A stretch of 64,000 bases of DNA from contig CM000433.1 of NCBI GenBank assembly GCA_000165345.1, positions 448,001-512,000 on the forward strand. The letters are read 5' to 3'. Position numbers and translations under genes: made by a program. The notes under the pieces were generated by a model that ran no database searches, had not been told where the DNA came from, and was given only the letters and a program-made list of their open reading frames with translations. This document shows, piece by piece, positions 55,958 to 64,000 of the stretch (positions are counted from its first letter, which is position 1; every line of letters starts with the position of its first letter).

Positions 55958-57532
55958 ATGGATAGCAACTTTTTGGAAAAAACGGAAGATATGGGTGGAG
56001 AATTAAATTGTATTTTTAGAAAAATCAAATTTGATATCCCTACAGAATGTGAGGAAAATAAATCAGATTGTGTATTCATAAAAAGTCAAACTTTTAACAT
56101 ATTAAATTCTCCATGCCAATCCCCAATTTTCTTAATTTTGAAACCAGAAATACCCAAAGAATCAGAAGAAATCAATCAGCCAGACCGTAATTATGCAAAC
56201 TACAGTGTGAGCATTTCTATTAAAGTTAGTCCTATTCTTCAAAATGATAATAAACTATCGGCTTTATCAGAAAGTTTGCAAGGAGTTATATCTAAAAGTG
56301 GAGATAACACCTCGGAGAACTTCACACTCTTCAATGATGACGAAAATTCAGGTAATTACAATTCAAGAAATATTACAACTGGTTCAACACCTGTTGTTAA
56401 TGACAAAATACAGATATCAGATAAGTATCCCTTTGATGTTGAAGAAGTTTCTGTACATTTTATGGGTGAAACGAGCGATCGATCTATACAAGAAAAAAAA
56501 TTGGAAAGTAAACTAACCAAAAGACTTTCTACTATAAAATCCAGTATTAAAAGACAGCTTACAAACAACAGGTACGTTGATATATGCAGAAATCCAGAAT
56601 GGCCATTCATTAAACAAACGAGCAAAGTCTTTTCAAAGAATGAGCAAGCAGGACTTAAGTCTCAAAGAGGCAGAGAAATTATTCAAAAAGGAACAGAAAT
56701 TGACTCGAGTACTGAAGATAAAGATTTAAACTTAGCTTCAAAGAGTTCCTCTAGAGGTAGGACCAGGCAATGGTTGGAATCACTTTCAACTTTATTTGAT
56801 GGAGTGTACACACAAAGAAGCACTTTAGGACGTAGTGCTGGTTTGGGACTTTTTTCAGATCGCCATTTCCGGAAAAACGATATTATCACGGAATTTGTTG
56901 GATGGGTTATTGATCGTAAGGAAGCTCTTAGACTTAGATCTGAAGGAAAAGCCACGCATATATGTGATTTGGTAAAGCCGAGCCTATATTTAGATGGTGA
57001 GAAGGATCCAAAACCATATATTGGTGGAGGTTCTTTTGCTAACGATGGAAGCGCATTTTTGGGAGGGCCTGGGAACAACTCCAGATTTTGGAAGTGGTAT
57101 GACGAAAGAGAAGGTAGATCTAGAGTTTTTCTCAAAGCAACACAAGATATTCAACCTGGTGAAGAGATTTTTGTTGGATATTGTAAGGATTATTGGGTTG
57201 ATTTTGCGGAGAAAGACTCCACCAGCTTAAGCAACAAAACTCATCATGTTAGTTTAGCTCCAAGAAAGCCAAACAAAACTATTCCAGGCGGCAAAAAGAG
57301 AGGCAGGAAACGATCTATCAAAGTATTTGAACCTATCGATAATGTAGAGATGATAGATTCTAATCTAACTGATGATGGAAAATGCTCTTTAGAGTTTGTT
57401 CATGAAATGTATTTGAGCCCTTCAATGAGTGAAATTCAAGACGAAGCTGAATCAAAAAGGAAAAGAAAATCTCTATATTGGGATACTGTATTCAACTGGT
57501 CCACTTCAGATGATGATGAAGGTGATAAGTGA
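55958..57532 (+). CDS. Putative SET-domain-like protein (tentative).
   Basis: ATG at 55958. 'GLGLFSDRHFRKNDIITEFVGWVIDRKEALRLR...YLDG......GGGSFANDG...NSRFW...RVFLKATQDIQPGEEIFVGYCKDYW' resembles the SET core (G.GLFA...I.EY.GE.I...EA..R...Y.F.LD.......GN.ARFINHS...N.......RI.FA.RDI..GEEL..DY). The NH motif is replaced by ND, and no Cys-rich post-SET is visible. Confidence 0.5.
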   Translation: MDSNFLEKTEDMGGELNCIFRKIKFDIPTECEENKSDCVFIKSQTFNILNSPCQSPIFLILKPEIPKESEEINQPDRNYANYSVSISIKVSPILQNDNKLSALSESLQGVISKSGDNTSENFTLFNDDENSGNYNSRNITTGSTPVVNDKIQISDKYPFDVEEVSVHFMGETSDRSIQEKKLESKLTKRLSTIKSSIKRQLTNNRYVDICRNPEWPFIKQTSKVFSKNEQAGLKSQRGREIIQKGTEIDSSTEDKDLNLASKSSSRGRTRQWLESLSTLFDGVYTQRSTLGRSAGLGLFSDRHFRKNDIITEFVGWVIDRKEALRLRSEGKATHICDLVKPSLYLDGEKDPKPYIGGGSFANDGSAFLGGPGNNSRFWKWYDEREGRSRVFLKATQDIQPGEEIFVGYCKDYWVDFAEKDSTSLSNKTHHVSLAPRKPNKTIPGGKKRGRKRSIKVFEPIDNVEMIDSNLTDDGKCSLEFVHEMYLSPSMSEIQDEAESKRKRKSLYWDTVFNWSTSDDDEGDK

Positions 57533-57795
57533 GCTTCTGCTAGCAAATTACTAAAAGCTTACTGGATTCAGGTCATATACTATTTATACTTACATCTATC
57601 CTTAATATACTACCCTTGCAAGTATTTCAGTTTTAAAAATGGTGAATAAACATGCATAGAGAATGCCTCAAAATATATAAATTATATTTAATTATAGATA
57701 CCTTTTTAGATCTACAATATATGATATGATTTGCGCCATTAAATATGGTAAATTGGTACTTTTTCCTAAAACGACTTAAAAATATATAATAACAT

Positions 57796-58062
57796 TTAAT
57801 TCTTAGAATTTTCTTTTATTGCTTCATTTTTTTTATTGATTGAACCTTTGTAATTTATACTCTTGTCTACACTTGGATCTAATGTAGTGAATGACTTTAG
57901 ATCCAGCAGATTCTTTTCTGCAAGCTCCTTGTTTAGACATTGTTCATATATTTTCCACTCATTCACACAGAGACTGCCAAACTCTCCAGTAAGTAATCCA
58001 TTATTCAACCACTCTTTAAAGCAATCTTCAAATTTTTTTTTCTCTTCAATACAAGTTTCCAT
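57796..58062 (-). CDS. TRIAP1: Twin-Cx9C protein of the TRIAP1/Mdm35 family (CHCH fold), 88 aa.
   Basis: The ORF-track start at 58083 is TTG preceded by TAA. The first ATG is 58062 (METC...). 'CIEEKKKFEDCFKEWLNNGLLTGEFGSLCVNEWKIYEQC' has two Cx9C pairs with the family spacing and the conserved CF..W motif. Confidence 0.7.
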   Translation of the reverse strand: METCIEEKKKFEDCFKEWLNNGLLTGEFGSLCVNEWKIYEQCLNKELAEKNLLDLKSFTTLDPSVDKSINYKGSINKKNEAIKENSKN

Positions 58063-58250
58063 GTCTACGGTAAAGTCATTCAATAATAGTTACACAATGC
58101 TAATAATAAATTATCTAGATTAGAAATTGAGTGGCATATAATACTTAAAAATTCAGAATGTGAAATCTCCCAATATTATAATTTTTGATTTTCTGCCACG
58201 TGCTTAAATTCTATGCCAGATTTTATTTATTTTTTAATATTAAAATATTA

Positions 58251-58263
58251 TTTTGGCGGGAAC
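58251..58263. promoter_or_regulatory. E2F site TTTTGGCGGGAAC about 80 bp upstream of the USP39 ATG.
   Basis: It matches the canonical E2F consensus. The GGCGGGAA at 26567..26579 and 26285..26292 are the same motif in reverse complement. Confidence 0.35.
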
Positions 58264-58343
58264 TTGTAAATTTAATTTTACCAGGAGATCTAGTTAACTA
58301 TAAGAAAGCTGGAAAAGGATAATAAAAAGTAGTTCTTGGAGTA

Positions 58344-59840
58344 ATGGGTGACCACTCTGAGAAGGATGGAGAGAGATGCCCGTACTTATCTAGCATTAAA
58401 AGAAGTGTGTTAGACTTTGACTATGAGAAAATCTGCAGCGTGACATTAAGGGAGGAACATATATACTGTTGTCTAGTATGTGGAATAAATTACCAGGGGA
58501 AAGGAAAGGGTTCTATGGCATATAAGCACTCTCTGGAACTAAAACACCATTTATTTATTAATTTAACTAACTCAAGCATAATTTGTCTTCCAAACGATTA
58601 CGAGATTTATGAACATTCTCTTGAAGATATTAAAGGATACCTACAGCCAAGATTTAATTCTGAGATCATCTCCTCATCGCTATATGACGTGTCAAGAACT
58701 TTTGATGGGATTGAGTTTTCTCCAGGATTTATTGGTTTGAGTAATTTTGGTAATAATGACTCTTTAAATTCAATCATTTTAATACTATCTCGAATCACTG
58801 AATTTAGAGACTTATGTCTTAGTTACCAGCTTTATAGCAAGGAAATTGAGAAAAGAATTCCAGATCCACTCTTATTCAGTATCATTGAGTCGATTCAAAA
58901 AATCTATAATCCAAATAATCTTAAAGGGAAATTTTCTCCATATAACCTTGTAAAAATTATAGAGAAGAAATCTAATGGAAAATTTTCATTTTCAAAAATA
59001 TCCAATATTTCAACGTCTTCTAATTCATTCATACAATCAAATGTTGGTACCCAAAACTCAACAATTATTGATCCAATGGCACTATTTTCTTGGATAACAT
59101 ATAATTTAAAGAAAAAGATTGATAAATATCTCAGAAAATTTCAAATTAAATTCATTCCAGATATTGATAAGAATACTAATAAATCCAATATGAATATTTT
59201 TGATGTATGCATTAAGGGAGAACTATATAACAAAGCCAGTAAATATCCAAATAACAAAAAATCTGAATCTAGTACAGATAATTTAATGAAATCTAAAAAA
59301 TGTTCTGAATTAAAATCTACTGCAAGTATTTGTTTTAACTGCCTATCCCTAACTCTACCTTCAATTATTGAAACTACAATGGGTATATCAAATAGTGCTC
59401 AAAGTAATGAAGATAAGACAATTTCCCAGATACCAATATATCAGCTACTAGACTCCAAGTTCTTCTCTTCCTCTTCTAGTTCCCAATTAATATCGAAACT
59501 ACCTTATTACTTATTTATTCATTTTTCCAGATTTTCAAAGGCTAATTTAAATCTGGAAAAAAACAAAACTTTGGTTTCTTTCCCACTTATAGACTTAGAT
59601 CTTTCTTCATATATTCATCCAGATTATATTTCATTGAACCCATGCACTAAATATAACTTAATTGCTAATATATCTCATAAAGGTACAATTCAAAGTGGAA
59701 AATTCCTAACTCAACTCTTGCATCCTACTAGAAACGAATGGATTGAAATTGAGGATATCAATGTCAAGGTCGTTCTTCCTCAGGAAATACTTCTTAACGA
59801 AACTTATATAATCGTTTATAAGAGATCTGACTTAATTTAA
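58344..59840 (+). CDS. USP39: U4/U6.U5 tri-snRNP-associated protein USP39/Sad1 (ZnF-UBP plus an inactive UCH domain).
   Basis: 'CPYLSSIKRSVLDFDYEKICSVTLREEHIYCCLVCGINYQGKGKGSMAYKHSLELKHHLFINL...CLPNDYEIYEHSLEDIKGYLQPRF' is collinear with human USP39 (CPYLDTINRSVLDFDFEKLCSISLS...YACLVCGKYFQGRG..SHAY.HS...HHVFLNL...CLPDNYEI.DSSLEDI.YVL.P.F). I use the ORF-track coordinates. My line count places the ATG 1 nt earlier. Confidence 0.9.
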   Translation: MGDHSEKDGERCPYLSSIKRSVLDFDYEKICSVTLREEHIYCCLVCGINYQGKGKGSMAYKHSLELKHHLFINLTNSSIICLPNDYEIYEHSLEDIKGYLQPRFNSEIISSSLYDVSRTFDGIEFSPGFIGLSNFGNNDSLNSIILILSRITEFRDLCLSYQLYSKEIEKRIPDPLLFSIIESIQKIYNPNNLKGKFSPYNLVKIIEKKSNGKFSFSKISNISTSSNSFIQSNVGTQNSTIIDPMALFSWITYNLKKKIDKYLRKFQIKFIPDIDKNTNKSNMNIFDVCIKGELYNKASKYPNNKKSESSTDNLMKSKKCSELKSTASICFNCLSLTLPSIIETTMGISNSAQSNEDKTISQIPIYQLLDSKFFSSSSSSQLISKLPYYLFIHFSRFSKANLNLEKNKTLVSFPLIDLDLSSYIHPDYISLNPCTKYNLIANISHKGTIQSGKFLTQLLHPTRNEWIEIEDINVKVVLPQEILLNETYIIVYKRSDLI

Positions 59841-60219
59841 AGTAATTCCAGTCATTTCTCATATTATTAATTACATGGCTTTGCCGCTCAACTGAATAAC
59901 ACTGCAATTATTACCCGCCAAATTTAGCATATAATGATTTATGTAGAGTGAAAGATTTAATATATCAATAGGATATTTAAGCAGATAAAACTTACTTAGG
60001 TGAAATTGAGTAACTTTTAGTATAGTTTGTGATAGATCTAACTTTAAATTGTTTGGGTAATTTTTTTTTGCTTATTATTGCATGTTACCTTTATTTTATT
60101 CATCATGTATTAATTCTCAACTCAATTTAATGAGACTAAGGCGCGCAAAAATGTGATTTTTTTTTTTTCTAACTGAAGAATGAAATACTAATAATACTAG
60201 ATATAATATTAATGTAAAT

Positions 60220-60933
60220 ATGGAAGAATTAGCAAAGAGAAAGGGTGAAATAGAGAAGGAGGTAAGTGAATTAACGGAGTTCTTGAATTCATGTGGTCCA
60301 GATGTTGGTATTTCTGGAAAGCTTGTAGATAGTGAGGGGTTTCCAAGGTCAGATATAGATATATATGCAGTAAGAAGAGCAAGAAATAGGATTGCATTAT
60401 TAAACACTGATTATTCGAATGTTATGAAAGAAATTGAAGAAAAACTATTTGATATTCATAGCAAAGAGAAGACTTATGTTCCAATTAATAAGTCAGAAAA
60501 AAGCCAAAGATGCAATGCTTCAGAATGTCTAAATTATCCATTTGGATATGTAAATAGTGTTTTGGAAGGATCACCAGCATTTCAAAGTGGTATAAGGACA
60601 GGAGATTTATTATTGGAATTTGGAAGCCTTAAATCAGAATCCGAGTTACATTCACAAGAAGAATCAAAACATCTGATAGGTCAATTGCCGGGGATTGTAC
60701 AAGATAATTTAGATAAATCAATCAAAGTTACTCTATTAAGAAGCAATAGCAAACAACCTGAGGAACTTCTTTCCGAGTTTTCAACATTTATAGATAATTC
60801 TAACTTAAGCTATAAAGACCTAAATTTACTTGAATTCGAGAAAAAGAGTATCGATCTAGTTCCCAAAAAATGGCAAGGAAAAGGTTATTTGGGATGTAAT
60901 ATAGCGTTCTTACACAAGTTTGTAGAAAAATAG
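60220..60933 (+). CDS. PSMD9: 26S proteasome assembly chaperone PSMD9/p27 (Nas2), a PDZ protein.
   Basis: ATG at 60220. 'LVDSEGFPRSDIDIYAVRRARNRIALLNTDYSNVMKEIEEKL' matches PSMD9 '[42 protein letters not shown]'. The C-terminus 'LVPKKWQGKGYLGCNI' matches 'LVPTRWAGKGLLGCNI'. Confidence 0.85.
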   Translation: MEELAKRKGEIEKEVSELTEFLNSCGPDVGISGKLVDSEGFPRSDIDIYAVRRARNRIALLNTDYSNVMKEIEEKLFDIHSKEKTYVPINKSEKSQRCNASECLNYPFGYVNSVLEGSPAFQSGIRTGDLLLEFGSLKSESELHSQEESKHLIGQLPGIVQDNLDKSIKVTLLRSNSKQPEELLSEFSTFIDNSNLSYKDLNLLEFEKKSIDLVPKKWQGKGYLGCNIAFLHKFVEK

Positions 60934-61046
60934 AAATATGTGTAGGCAAGATAATAAGGTCTTAAACAACAATACTATAGTTAACTAACAATTCTAGTGT
61001 CATTGTTGAATCAAAATCGTTCTCCTTTAACTTATTTAAAGTAAAT

Positions 61047-61415
61047 TTAGTCGAACAATGAGAAACCTAAATCACCTTCTTCTTCCTCCTCTTCTTCCTT
61101 CTTCTTCTTGTCATCAGCAGCAGCAGAGGCTCCAGAATCTTGAGCAGCACCTGCACCTGCACCACCAGCAACTGGTACAGCAACGGAAGCAGCTCCACAG
61201 CCTGCTACGATGTCACTGACGTTAGTAGTGGACAAAGCCTGAGCGAACAAACCTGGGAAGTATGGCTCAACGCTTCCGCCAGCTGCAGAGATAATCTTCT
61301 TGATGTTTTCAGATGTAACTGGAACGCCACCGTCGGATAAAACCAAAGCTGCATAAGAGCAGATTAACTCTTGAACCTGAGATTGTGGTAATTCATTCAT
61401 TGAAACAGCTGCCAT
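61047..61415 (-). CDS. RPLP1: 60S acidic ribosomal stalk protein P1.
   Basis: ATG at 61415. It has the P1-type N-terminus 'ELICSYAALVLSDGGVPVTSENIKKIISAAGGSVEPYFPGLFAQAL', an Ala/Gly hinge, and the stalk C-terminus 'EEEEEEEGDLGFSLFD'. Confidence 0.85.
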   Translation of the reverse strand: MAAVSMNELPQSQVQELICSYAALVLSDGGVPVTSENIKKIISAAGGSVEPYFPGLFAQALSTTNVSDIVAGCGAASVAVPVAGGAGAGAAQDSGASAAADDKKKKEEEEEEEGDLGFSLFD

Positions 61416-61952
61416 CTTGGATTATTAAGTTAACCAACAAAGCGTTTTAAGCTATTTTTAAACTAGGTCTTTTTTATCAACTAATTAAGACTATAAAGAT
61501 CTTAACTTTGAATTTTAAGTGTCCTGGTTAAATGGCAACCTATACGTAATTTTTTTTTAATAGTAACTTTAATAAATAATTATTACTATTTAATTAAGTA
61601 CTATACTTAATCTATATAAGAGACGCCTTTTTTATATTGAAGTTTTAAAAATTAACTTTTTTTCTATATCAATATATATTTCATTATTTTAGGCGTCTCG
61701 CTCATTTTACCGCGTAATTTTTTAACATGAAATTTACTAAAAAGTTTGGCGCAATATTTTGGGGTAGCCCAAATGTTAAATATAAATAGAGCATGCAAAA
61801 AACAGCTTAACTATTAAACGCGCAAAATAAGTGGAAAAAAAGGGGAGAAATAGTTAAAATGATATTAAGCGTTTATATGAAATTAGAATAAAAAATAAAA
61901 ACTGAAAATATACACATGTTTGATATGTTAACAAATATATATAGTGAGAGAA

Positions 61953-63038
61953 TTATTTTTTTTTATTTGATGTTCTACGGCTCAACAAGGCTTGAGCCTC
62001 AATAAGTTCAACCTTTAATTCGTTAATTAGCTTAGAATCTCCTGGTGAATCAGCTTCTAATGTTTTTATTTGACTTTCTAGAGCTGTAACTAGTAGTTCA
62101 TAAAGTTTGCTTTCCTCCATTTTAATTAAATTTGAATAACATGGCTTGTTTTCTTTGGGTCTTAAATCATGGGCATTACCCTTTGAGTCTCTGAAAACAC
62201 CAATATACTCAGATAGCTGGTAAACCTTTGAAAATCCATCTTCATCAACATCAGGAGCTTCTTCCCAATCATCGATAGAAACGAGCCTTAGATTTCTTTC
62301 CTTAAGTAGTGCTTGGTAATCAGTATCTGGTGGAGGCCAATCTGGGAGTGCATGCCACCATCTACATAAAATGGCAGCAACTAATATTTGCTTATGGTCA
62401 CGATCTCTTCGAGGAACATAAGCAGTATTTTCTTCTTCGTCAGAAGAACAGTCTTGAGAATTCGGATCTTTTTCTACAGAAACTCGCTTCTTTTTAACAA
62501 CAGATTTTGTTTTATTTCCAGTATTACCTTTTGCCTTAGATTTAGTTTTAGAACCTACATTAGATTTAGACTTAGTAGAAGCTTTTTTACTTGTTGAAGT
62601 TCCTTTTTTTTGCTTGTTTTCACTTTTAATTTGCTTTGATATAACTGGAGTACCATTTTCAGTTTTAACTAATTTTCTTCTACCTCTTGTAGACAAAGAA
62701 GAATCTGATTCATCATCGGATTCGTTGTCTGACGACTTATTATCTGATTCATCCTCAGATGTTGTATAATTTGATGGTTGTGATTGAAAATTACTAGCCG
62801 ACTCTTCGCTCTCATCTCCTGAAGATTTGCAGCCATCACTACTATCAGAACTGAGAACCCTTTTTGACCTTGTAGATTTGTTAACCATAATTTGTGGGGT
62901 AGATTCTCTTGATGAAACATCAGCATTTTCTTTTATGCTAACTTCTAATTGTTTGATGGGGGTTTCTTCATCATCGGAAGATAGTCGCCTCTTCCTTCCG
63001 GAAACCCCAGCATTCAACCCCATAGCACTATCATCCAT
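61953..63038 (-). CDS. Hypothetical Ser/Lys-rich (probably nuclear) protein with a conserved C-terminal block 'ILCRWWHALPDWPPPD'.
   Basis: ATG at 63038. It has acidic Ser/Asp/Glu clusters (CK2-like) and a Lys-rich basic stretch. The C-terminal ~120 aa are structured and end in a coiled coil. I could not assign a family from memory. Confidence 0.55.
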   Translation of the reverse strand: MDDSAMGLNAGVSGRKRRLSSDDEETPIKQLEVSIKENADVSSRESTPQIMVNKSTRSKRVLSSDSSDGCKSSGDESEESASNFQSQPSNYTTSEDESDNKSSDNESDDESDSSLSTRGRRKLVKTENGTPVISKQIKSENKQKKGTSTSKKASTKSKSNVGSKTKSKAKGNTGNKTKSVVKKKRVSVEKDPNSQDCSSDEEENTAYVPRRDRDHKQILVAAILCRWWHALPDWPPPDTDYQALLKERNLRLVSIDDWEEAPDVDEDGFSKVYQLSEYIGVFRDSKGNAHDLRPKENKPCYSNLIKMEESKLYELLVTALESQIKTLEADSPGDSKLINELKVELIEAQALLSRRTSNKKK

Positions 63039-63457
63039 ATTGATACTTTCCCAATCCTCTTGTTATTTTAATTTTTTCACCCAAATTAACTTATTACCTT
63101 AACAGATTACATAAAATTCTTATTCTAAAAACTGCGCGCCAACACTAGCAACTTTTTGTTTAGCATACGTATTAAAAAAATTGATTAATAGATAAAAATT
63201 GCACTTTTCATCTAATTTGAATATAAACCATGTTATTGTTATTATTAATATTATTTAATAATCGGTGTTGATTATAGAAATATTCAAGTTATTAAAAATA
63301 ATTATTCATCCTTTAAAGTTGAATTTTCAGTTTATTTTTTGAATTTAATGCATTGATTTTTTATACTAGTTAATAAATATATTACTTATAATATTGAATT
63401 ATCAATTAGAATATTTTGTATGCACCAGTATATTTAATTTTTAGTATTTAATAAAGA

Positions 63458-63500
63458 TTATAAATTTGCATGCATTGCAAAAGCGCATGCAAATTTATAA
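63458..63500. promoter_or_regulatory. Perfect 16-bp inverted repeat TTATAAATTTGCATGC / GCATGCAAATTTATAA with an 11-nt spacer. Each arm carries a GCATGC box.
   Basis: This is seen in the sequence. It lies about 420 bp upstream of the minus-strand gene that starts at 63038 and about 460 bp upstream of a possible plus-strand ATG at 63961. Confidence 0.4.
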
Positions 63501-64000
63501 ATTTTCTATAGAGTCCCTATGATTGTAATTTATCATTATTATTTGTATTACTATAGTAATTTTTGCAGCTTAGAAATTACGAATTAATGAGACTTTAATA
63601 AGTGATGTGGTTTTTCAAAAAAAAAATAGCATGATATTTAACAACTAATACAAGTTAAATCCTTAGAGTTTTAATATTTTTAATTTTGTTTTAAATAAAT
63701 ACGCTTTGTTTCAATTATGCTCCGACTTTTTTATTTACCTTTTTTAGTAGTAACTTTCTCTTAGATCTTAATTTACTATTTGTAAGATAGCCAAATAAAA
63801 ATTTTGATATTAAAAAAAAAATAAGTTGATTTGGCGCCAGACTCTGGCAATACAATTGAGTGTTGGTCAAAAAAAACCATAAAGGTGGAGAAAAAAAATC
63901 GAAAGTAAATATTGTGAAAAACAAGAATTTTGATTTGAAAGAGTCGAGTGTTTTCTGGATATGACAGGAAATGTAATAAATTTGGGAGATTATGTAGTTA

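Overview
This window looks like a gene-dense, AT-rich, intron-poor eukaryotic chromosomal segment. It is not a prokaryotic locus. I found no CRISPR array, transposon, integrase, or operon-like defence island. I found no novel multi-gene 'system' in the prokaryotic sense.

The likely source is a Cryptosporidium-type apicomplexan. That assignment is inference from promoter grammar. Intergenic regions carry the palindromic E2F site TTTGGCGCCAAA, GGCGGGAA sites, and GCATGC(A) boxes. The few introns are short and use GTAAGT/GTGAGT donors. Stops are standard TAA/TGA/TAG.

I call about 35 protein-coding genes on both strands, roughly one per 1.8 kb.
- Recognisable by conserved motifs: DNMT2/TRDMT1 (3 exons; the ORF track truncates it), ELOF1, an RWDD1/GIR2-like protein, a chromodomain protein, a CCHC zinc-knuckle protein, a ZIP transporter, an EF-hand protein (3 exons, missed by the ORF track), an EndoG-like nuclease, a 2xRRM protein, RPS13, SmD1, a thioredoxin-like membrane protein with a ~60-residue poly-Glu tail, ALG7 (GlcNAc-1-P transferase), DAD1/OST2, Sin3, two tandem tRNA-Arg genes, prohibitin-2, Arp1/centractin, a SET-like protein, a twin-Cx9C TRIAP1/Mdm35 protein, USP39/Sad1, PSMD9/Nas2, and ribosomal P1.
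- Lineage-specific low-complexity genes: a 1610-aa protein whose C-terminal ~1100 residues are degenerate tandem PPAKKDAPAA(PAA) units (a ~3.4-kb DNA repeat array), a 1427-aa acidic N/K/E-rich protein with a duplicated 25-aa motif, and a secreted K/E-rich protein.

The most unusual things I see:
1. The giant PA/K tandem-repeat gene.
2. The spliced DNMT2 gene head-to-head with ELOF1.
3. A recurrent composite upstream module (ACCGGTAT/ACCGGCAT next to GGCGCCAAA).
4. A 16-bp perfect inverted repeat built from GCATGC boxes.
5. A GC-rich palindrome in one divergent promoter.

Several ORF-track 'M' starts are actually TTG. I have moved those starts to the first ATG.
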